Assembly (NCBI GenBank): GCA_963422365.1
Contig: OY729426.1
Location: 1,824,001-1,888,000 of the forward strand
Direction: 5' to 3'
Length of the DNA stretch: 64,000 nt
From: Nitrospirales bacterium
GTDB taxonomy: Bacteria; Nitrospirota; Nitrospiria; Nitrospirales; UBA8639
The translations under genes were made by a program, and so were the position numbers. The notes under the pieces were generated by a model that made no database searches, was not told the DNA's origin, and worked only from the letters and a program-made list of their open reading frames with translations. Below, in pieces: positions 58,533 through 64,000 of this stretch (the first letter of the stretch is position 1; the number at the start of each line of letters is the position of its first letter).

Positions 58533-59615
58533 CTACGATTTTGACTTCTTGGCTTTGCGAGTCTGGGATTTCTCTGCGGTGTCTTCCATGGCGGCAAGAC
58601 GTTTTTCCAGCTTTGAGACCTGTCGATACAGTCCGGGAAGGCGGTACAGGAAAGCATGTGCACGTAAAAAAAATTCATGTGGTTTCGCAGGCCGCCCGGA
58701 CATCGTGACGCCAGGCTCCACATTTTTTTGAATGCCCGCTCCTGCCGCGATCCTCGCGTGATCTCCGATCGTGAGGTGATCGATGAGCCCGGCTTGTCCT
58801 CCGATCATGACTTGTTTCCCGATCGACGTGCTACCCGCGATACCAGCCTGTGCCACGATGATACCATGTTCTCCTATTGTCACATTGTGGGCAATTTGGA
58901 CTTGATTGTCGATTTTGGTTCCTTGCTTGATATGGGTACGTCCAAACGTAGCCCGATCAATGGTCACATTGGCCCCAATTTCGACATCATCGTCAATGAC
59001 CACGATCCCACGTTGTGGAATCTTATGATGGCGGTCTTCGTGCTGCACGTATCCAAATCCGTCACTTCCAATGACGGCTCCGGCGTGGATGGTCACCCGA
59101 GAGCCTATGTGGCATCCGTCTAAAACGCTCACATTTGGATAGAGCACGGTATCATCACCTATGGTGACGGCATCTCCTAAAAATACTCCAGGGTAGATCG
59201 TGACCCGATCCCCAATTTTCGTACGATGGCCGATCGTGACGAATGATCCGATGGAAACATCGGCTCCTAGGTGGATGTCTGTGCCCTTCACGATGTCCTG
59301 GGCTATCCCGGTAGAAGGAGATTTTTTCATAAAAAAACGAGTGCTCAACCGGACAAAATCGAAATGAGGCTGCGCCGAAACCAATTGGGTCCCGTTCAAA
59401 TCAGGATAGTATTGAGGCACGATGAAAGCCGCCGCATGTGATTGTTTTGCTCTGTCCATCAATCGATGGCTAGCCAGCAAAGCCAGATCGCCTGATGTAG
59501 CCTGTTCGAGACTATTGACCCCTGTAATGTGGAGATCTGACGGGCCATACAGTTGCACGCCAATGGCATGAGCTAATTCGGTCAAGAGATAACCTTCAGC
59601 CGTTGGAAGAGTCAT
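58533..59615 (-). CDS. lpxD: UDP-3-O-acyl-glucosamine N-acyltransferase
   Basis: Hexapeptide repeats, IGSDGFGY, EIGANVTIDR, KIDNQVQIAHNV; start at MTLPT. Confidence 0.95.
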   Translation of the reverse strand: MTLPTAEGYLLTELAHAIGVQLYGPSDLHITGVNSLEQATSGDLALLASHRLMDRAKQSHAAAFIVPQYYPDLNGTQLVSAQPHFDFVRLSTRFFMKKSPSTGIAQDIVKGTDIHLGADVSIGSFVTIGHRTKIGDRVTIYPGVFLGDAVTIGDDTVLYPNVSVLDGCHIGSRVTIHAGAVIGSDGFGYVQHEDRHHKIPQRGIVVIDDDVEIGANVTIDRATFGRTHIKQGTKIDNQVQIAHNVTIGEHGIIVAQAGIAGSTSIGKQVMIGGQAGLIDHLTIGDHARIAAGAGIQKNVEPGVTMSGRPAKPHEFFLRAHAFLYRLPGLYRQVSKLEKRLAAMEDTAEKSQTRKAKKSKS

Positions 59616-59737
59616 GGCCTGTTCGCTTTGGATTTGGCAATCGTCGTACGTTTTTTCATGGTGGAACCTGCCCCATGCTTCTTGGCTTTCTTGGCGTGTT
59701 GGGTTGCCGTTTTCAGTGGTCGACTCGTTAGGGATTC

Positions 59738-60829
59738 TTAGTAGCGCACTTTTAGAAAAAGGTTGAGACTGACGATGAAAAAGATCGCACACGCGATCCA
59801 GGCCGCGACGACAGGAAGTAACACCCCACTCCTTCCCAACGCGAGCCCAACGGAATGCGTGGCCCAAAACAAAAAGCCGATGCCTAAGGCTTGTCCAATG
59901 CCTTTTCCGATACTGGTTGTTCGCGTGCCCATTCCGAGGAGGCCAACAGACACACCAAGAATGGTCATGATCAGAGGGACGAAAGCCAAAGCCACTCGTC
60001 TCCAATAGTCCGCGAGAAATTTTGTGGCATTATGTCTCTTTTGCCGTAAGCCCTCGATGTGAGTGCCGAGTTGGTTCAACGTCAGATGTTCAGGCTCGAG
60101 AACGTTCCAGATCCTCAGGTCCTCAGGAGTTAAGGACAACGCTAAGGGAATCGCTGGACGTTGGGTAATCGTGACCCGGCCATCTGATTCGACCAACCGT
60201 TGGGCAACGTCCTGTAAGGACCATTGGCCGTTGGTGAAATGCGCGCTGGCTGCCGTGAGGACTTCATCTAAAGAGAATTGGTTGTTCAGCCGGTAGAGTG
60301 TGACCTTGTGTAGTTGAGTGCCCTCGGGGTCAACTCGTTGGATGTGCATAATTGAATTGTCGTGAATGCGTAGCCACAGATTTTCAGTTGTAAAAGACAG
60401 CGGTTGTGGCTTTTTCTGGATCTCGACTGTTCGAATATATTCTGCTTTGGCATTGGCCAAAGGAATAACAACCGTTGTCAATCCCAATAGTATGACCGTG
60501 ACAAGGCCCGCGACCGCCAAAAACGGCATAATAACGTGAAGGATGCTAACCCCACAACTTCGCATCGCGTTAATTTCCTGGGCTTTGTTTAAGAGTCCGA
60601 TGGCGAGGAGGGAAGCCATTAAAACGGCAAGTGGCATGAGTTCAAAGGAAATAGAAGGTATTTTGCAGAAAAAATACATCAACATGGAGGTCAGTTCCGC
60701 ATCATGTCTGAGGAACTTTCGCAGCTTCTCAAAAAAATCGATTACCAGGTAAAGAGTGGTCAGCCCCGTGAGACACAGCGTCAGGATTTTAAGATACTGT
60801 CGAACGATGTACCAAAACAGAATGCCCAC
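59738..60829 (-). CDS. lptG: LPS export ABC transporter permease
   Basis: YjgP/YjgQ topology, EINAMRSCGVS, adjacent to paralogue. Confidence 0.87.
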   Translation of the reverse strand: MGILFWYIVRQYLKILTLCLTGLTTLYLVIDFFEKLRKFLRHDAELTSMLMYFFCKIPSISFELMPLAVLMASLLAIGLLNKAQEINAMRSCGVSILHVIMPFLAVAGLVTVILLGLTTVVIPLANAKAEYIRTVEIQKKPQPLSFTTENLWLRIHDNSIMHIQRVDPEGTQLHKVTLYRLNNQFSLDEVLTAASAHFTNGQWSLQDVAQRLVESDGRVTITQRPAIPLALSLTPEDLRIWNVLEPEHLTLNQLGTHIEGLRQKRHNATKFLADYWRRVALAFVPLIMTILGVSVGLLGMGTRTTSIGKGIGQALGIGFLFWATHSVGLALGRSGVLLPVVAAWIACAIFFIVSLNLFLKVRY

Positions 60830-60830
60830 G

Positions 60831-61913
60831 TCAGTGCCGACTCGCTTGATAAAAAAGCGTCCACATTATGAGGAGTATGAGAATATTGGGGAGCCAGGCT
60901 CCGGCAAACGGATGAAGGAGCAAGGCCGTGACGAAAAACTCTCCCAAGACATTGAACAAATAATAGCCCACCATGATGAAAATTCCCAAGACGAATCCAC
61001 CCATGCGCCCAGCTCGTTTTGAGACAATACCGACCGGCATGCCTAAGATGCCGAGGATGAGCGTTGCCACGGGAAACCCGAGATCTTTGTAGTATTCCAT
61101 AAGGCGATGAAGCATCCTGGTGTCTCGCCAGCTGGATTGTTTTAATTTGGCCATGATGTGTTGATAGTTGGGTCGTTCCGGTTTTTTGACATTGAAAGAC
61201 GGGGACAGATCCATTTTGAGATCATATGTAGAAAACGTCACCTGATGATGTTGAGGGCTGTCCTTGGGAATGTGGTGAATTGTCCCCTCATACAACCGAA
61301 TGCCAGATTGTTTGTGTCGAGGATTTTTGAGCAGTTGGAAAGATTGAGCAGTGATCATGACCTCTTGGGTTCGATCACGGTGATCCAAGATAAAAATGCC
61401 CGTAGCTTGTTCTCCAGGTTCGGGCGTAGGAACGAAAATCACCATGCCGTCCATGGGTTCATTAAATACGCCTTGCTCCAAGGCCAGGTGTAATTGGTCT
61501 TGAATCAAGCTGACGGCTAATTTTTTCAGGGAGATTGGTGCCCAAGGTTGTCCCCATTGTGAAAGGTACAGCGTTCCTAAGAAAACAAAAAACGAAAAGA
61601 CAAAAACAGGAACTGCGATTCTGAGTAAACTCAGACCGGCTGCTTGCATGGCGACAAGTTCTTTGTCAAAGGACAATCGACTAAAGGTGGTGATCGAGGA
61701 GATTAGGCAGGCCATAGGAAGCGTCAGTACCAAAAAAGAGGGCATGAGATTGACGATAATTTCAAAAACAGACAGAAGCCCAACCCCTTTGGTCACCAAC
61801 AATTCAACCAACCGTAGCATCTCTTTGGTCAAGACGAGAAAACAAAGGATGCAGAGGCTGATGGAAAAGGGAATGAGGAGCTCTTTAAATATGTAGCGAT
61901 CGAGAATCGTCAT
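60831..61913 (-). CDS. lptF: LPS export ABC transporter permease
   Basis: ILDRYIFKE, RLSFDKELVAMQAAGLS, AWLPN. Confidence 0.87.
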   Translation of the reverse strand: MTILDRYIFKELLIPFSISLCILCFLVLTKEMLRLVELLVTKGVGLLSVFEIIVNLMPSFLVLTLPMACLISSITTFSRLSFDKELVAMQAAGLSLLRIAVPVFVFSFFVFLGTLYLSQWGQPWAPISLKKLAVSLIQDQLHLALEQGVFNEPMDGMVIFVPTPEPGEQATGIFILDHRDRTQEVMITAQSFQLLKNPRHKQSGIRLYEGTIHHIPKDSPQHHQVTFSTYDLKMDLSPSFNVKKPERPNYQHIMAKLKQSSWRDTRMLHRLMEYYKDLGFPVATLILGILGMPVGIVSKRAGRMGGFVLGIFIMVGYYLFNVLGEFFVTALLLHPFAGAWLPNILILLIMWTLFYQASRH

Positions 61914-61958
61914 AGTGGAAAAGCCCGGACAACAAAAAAATCCATGAAGAATCGTGGG

Positions 61959-61987
61959 ATCATATAACAGGGCCCGGGGGCTGTAAA
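61959..61987 (-). promoter_or_regulatory. Putative sigma70 promoter of lptF-lptG-lpxD
   Basis: TTTACA-N17-TATGAT on the minus strand. Confidence 0.5.
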
Positions 61988-62163
61988 TGGATAAAATGGT
62001 GAAAAAAGCGGTCGCGGGTATGTGTCGAGAAATGAGTGGAAGTTTTGGACAACGCCATCGCTATCGGGAGCCTGTCTATTCATACACTAGACAAGTGTGA
62101 AACCTCTTTGTTTAATCAATAGAGTATGTTTTAATTGTGCGCGACTTCATTGAGGGAAAGAAA

Positions 62164-62712
62164 ATGACCGCGAACACTCGAGCAAGACGAACGCCTACAC
62201 GTGTTCGTCCATTGGCCCAAATACTCAAAAAAATTCGGCTTGTCGCGACCGATGTTGATGGGGTCTTGACCGATGGCGGGCTCTATTATTCAGACTCAGG
62301 TGAGCAAACCAAAAAGTTTAACGTTTGGGATGGTCTTGGGGTGACATTGTTACAAGAAGCTGGACTTGTGACGGCTATCATCACCATAGACCAAACGCAG
62401 TTGGTAACTTTTCGGGCAGCGAAACTCGGGATTTCCGAAATTCACCAAGGCGTGAAGGACAAGCTGATGGTGTTGAAGGAACTATCAGCGAAATATGGAA
62501 TTCCGCTTGAGGAAATTGCGTACGTGGGGGACGATCTGACTGATTTGCCTGCTCTCCTAGCGGTTGGGTTTTCCGCCACGCCTGCGAATGGACGCAGTTC
62601 TGTTCCGAAAAACGTGCGGTATGTGTGCAAAGCCAAAGGGGGCGAGGGAGCGGTCAGGGAAATAGCCGATCTGATTTTGGCTGCTCAAGGCGTAAAATCA
62701 GACAAGGGCTAA
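62164..62712 (+). CDS. kdsC: KDO 8-phosphate phosphatase, HAD family
   Basis: DVDGVLTDG, FNVWDG.G, YVGDD..D, GGEGAVRE. Confidence 0.9.
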   Translation: MTANTRARRTPTRVRPLAQILKKIRLVATDVDGVLTDGGLYYSDSGEQTKKFNVWDGLGVTLLQEAGLVTAIITIDQTQLVTFRAAKLGISEIHQGVKDKLMVLKELSAKYGIPLEEIAYVGDDLTDLPALLAVGFSATPANGRSSVPKNVRYVCKAKGGEGAVREIADLILAAQGVKSDKG

Positions 62713-62848
62713 CTTGCTCATTTGTGCGAGAATCGTTAGCCCTGTCACAAAGCACCCATCTGGCATGGCACCACACGAGACAGAGTCAGCTTTTGATCGT
62801 GAAGGAGAAGACACTCATCGAATGACTCGTTTTTCATATGAGGCACAC

Positions 62849-64000
62849 ATGAAGCCCTCACACCTGTATGCGGTTATTCTTGCCGGGGGTAGTGGCACTC
62901 GATTTTGGCCCGCCAGTCGCGAACGATTTCCCAAGCAACTTCTTCAGATCGTTGGAGAAGGGACCCTTATTCAACAAACGGTTCGACGTGTGTTGAAAGC
63001 CGTGTCGGCCCAAAACATTTGTGTCGTGACGAACGCGTTCCAAGCCGAAATAATCAAACTGCAGTTATCAAATTGGAAAGATGAGTTAGCCGATAATTTT
63101 GTGCTCGAGCCGGAAAGTCGGAATACCGCTCCGGCTATTGGCTTGGCAGCCCTTCGGCTATTGCGTCGCGATCCGGATGCGACGATGTTGGTGCTGCCGG
63201 CTGACCATGTCATCAAAGGTGACAAGAAATTCAAACAAGCAGTTTTCTTCGGGTATCAACTGGCGCAACAAGGTGCCTTAGTGACGTTTGGAGTCCAACC
63301 CACTAGACCGGAAACGGGCTATGGCTATCTTCAGCCCAATAAGCGATCCTGTTTGGGAACGTTCGGTTTGCTCTCAGGCTATAAGGTCAGGCGTTTTGTG
63401 GAGAAGCCTGATCTGAGAAAAGCCCAGCAATTTTTAGAGGCCGGTCGTTATTTGTGGAACAGCGGAATATTTGTGTGGCGTGCCGATACACTTGTCGAAG
63501 AATTTGCGTGTCATCAGCCTACGCTGTTGAAAGGACTTCAGACGATAGAGAAAATGGTCGAAGCAGGCCAGTTGGGAGAGCAACGTGCCAATCGTTGGAA
63601 ACGGCTGAAGTCTGTCTCAATCGATCATGGATTGATGGAGCGGTCGACTCGGGCTGCGGTGATCCCTGTTGAGTTTTCTTGGTTGGATGTTGGGAGTTGG
63701 AGCAGTCTGGAAAAAATTATGCCTCGGGATAAGCGGGGCAACGTGAGGACCGGGAATGTGGTCGATATTGATAGCGAAAATTCTGTGTTTTTCGCGACAA
63801 AGCGGCTTATTGGATCTATTGGGCTTTCCAATATGGTGGTGGTTGATACGCCTGACGCCACACTGGTGTGCCAAAAATCACGCGCCCAAGAAGTTAAAGT
63901 TTTAGCTGAGATTTTACGGAAGCGCAGGTCCCCAGAGCACTTGGAGCATGTAGCGGTCTATCGTCCTTGGGGTTCATACACTGTCCTCGAAGAAGGGAGA
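62849..64000 (+). CDS. manC: Mannose-1-phosphate guanylyltransferase (probably with isomerase domain), 3'-partial; absent from the ORF track
   Basis: YAVILAGGSGTRFWPASR..FPKQ, EP..RNTAPA, PADH, PETGYGY, FVEKP, WNSG, DVGSW, RPWG.Y; runs off the window. Confidence 0.93.
   Translation, partial: MKPSHLYAVILAGGSGTRFWPASRERFPKQLLQIVGEGTLIQQTVRRVLKAVSAQNICVVTNAFQAEIIKLQLSNWKDELADNFVLEPESRNTAPAIGLAALRLLRRDPDATMLVLPADHVIKGDKKFKQAVFFGYQLAQQGALVTFGVQPTRPETGYGYLQPNKRSCLGTFGLLSGYKVRRFVEKPDLRKAQQFLEAGRYLWNSGIFVWRADTLVEEFACHQPTLLKGLQTIEKMVEAGQLGEQRANRWKRLKSVSIDHGLMERSTRAAVIPVEFSWLDVGSWSSLEKIMPRDKRGNVRTGNVVDIDSENSVFFATKRLIGSIGLSNMVVVDTPDATLVCQKSRAQEVKVLAEILRKRRSPEHLEHVAVYRPWGSYTVLEEGR

Noticed and set aside
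59616..60005. Long N-terminal extension of the lpxD ORF
   Set aside because: Overlaps lptG in another frame; LpxD-like sequence begins near 59615.

Overview
Bacterial chromosomal window, mostly core genes. Gene content and order suggest Nitrospirota (Nitrospiraceae); this is an inference. Core loci: a 5'-truncated FN3/NHL double beta-propeller protein, guaB-guaA, rluB-aspS, an M16 peptidase pair, tenA, a two-subunit biotin carboxylase (pyruvate or 2-oxoglutarate carboxylase), hemE-hemY-acyP-apt-dksA-like-queC, a molybdate-type regulator with modABC, cobB, ndk, gcvH-lpdA-comEA-tyrS, tRNA-Gly(CCC), lptF-lptG-lpxD, kdsC and a 3'-truncated manC. The most striking intact system is a tightly coupled ubiquitin-like sulfur-relay operon (ThiS-like, CysK, E1, ThrC-like, MoaD/CysO-like, NIL, second E1, JAB peptidase) in which both sulfur carriers have residues after the Gly-Gly. 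Accessory DNA includes an AT-rich islet bounded by a duplicated guaA 3' end, an NgoMIV-family endonuclease paired with an amino (N4-C type) methyltransferase, a recoded duplicate of the tyrS 3' end, a cassette-like gene with an attC-like hairpin between IS30 ends, a decayed IS30, decayed DNA after tRNA-Gly, and dispersed REP-like palindromes. At least seven pseudogenes point to ongoing gene decay. Family assignments come from motif recognition, not database searches.
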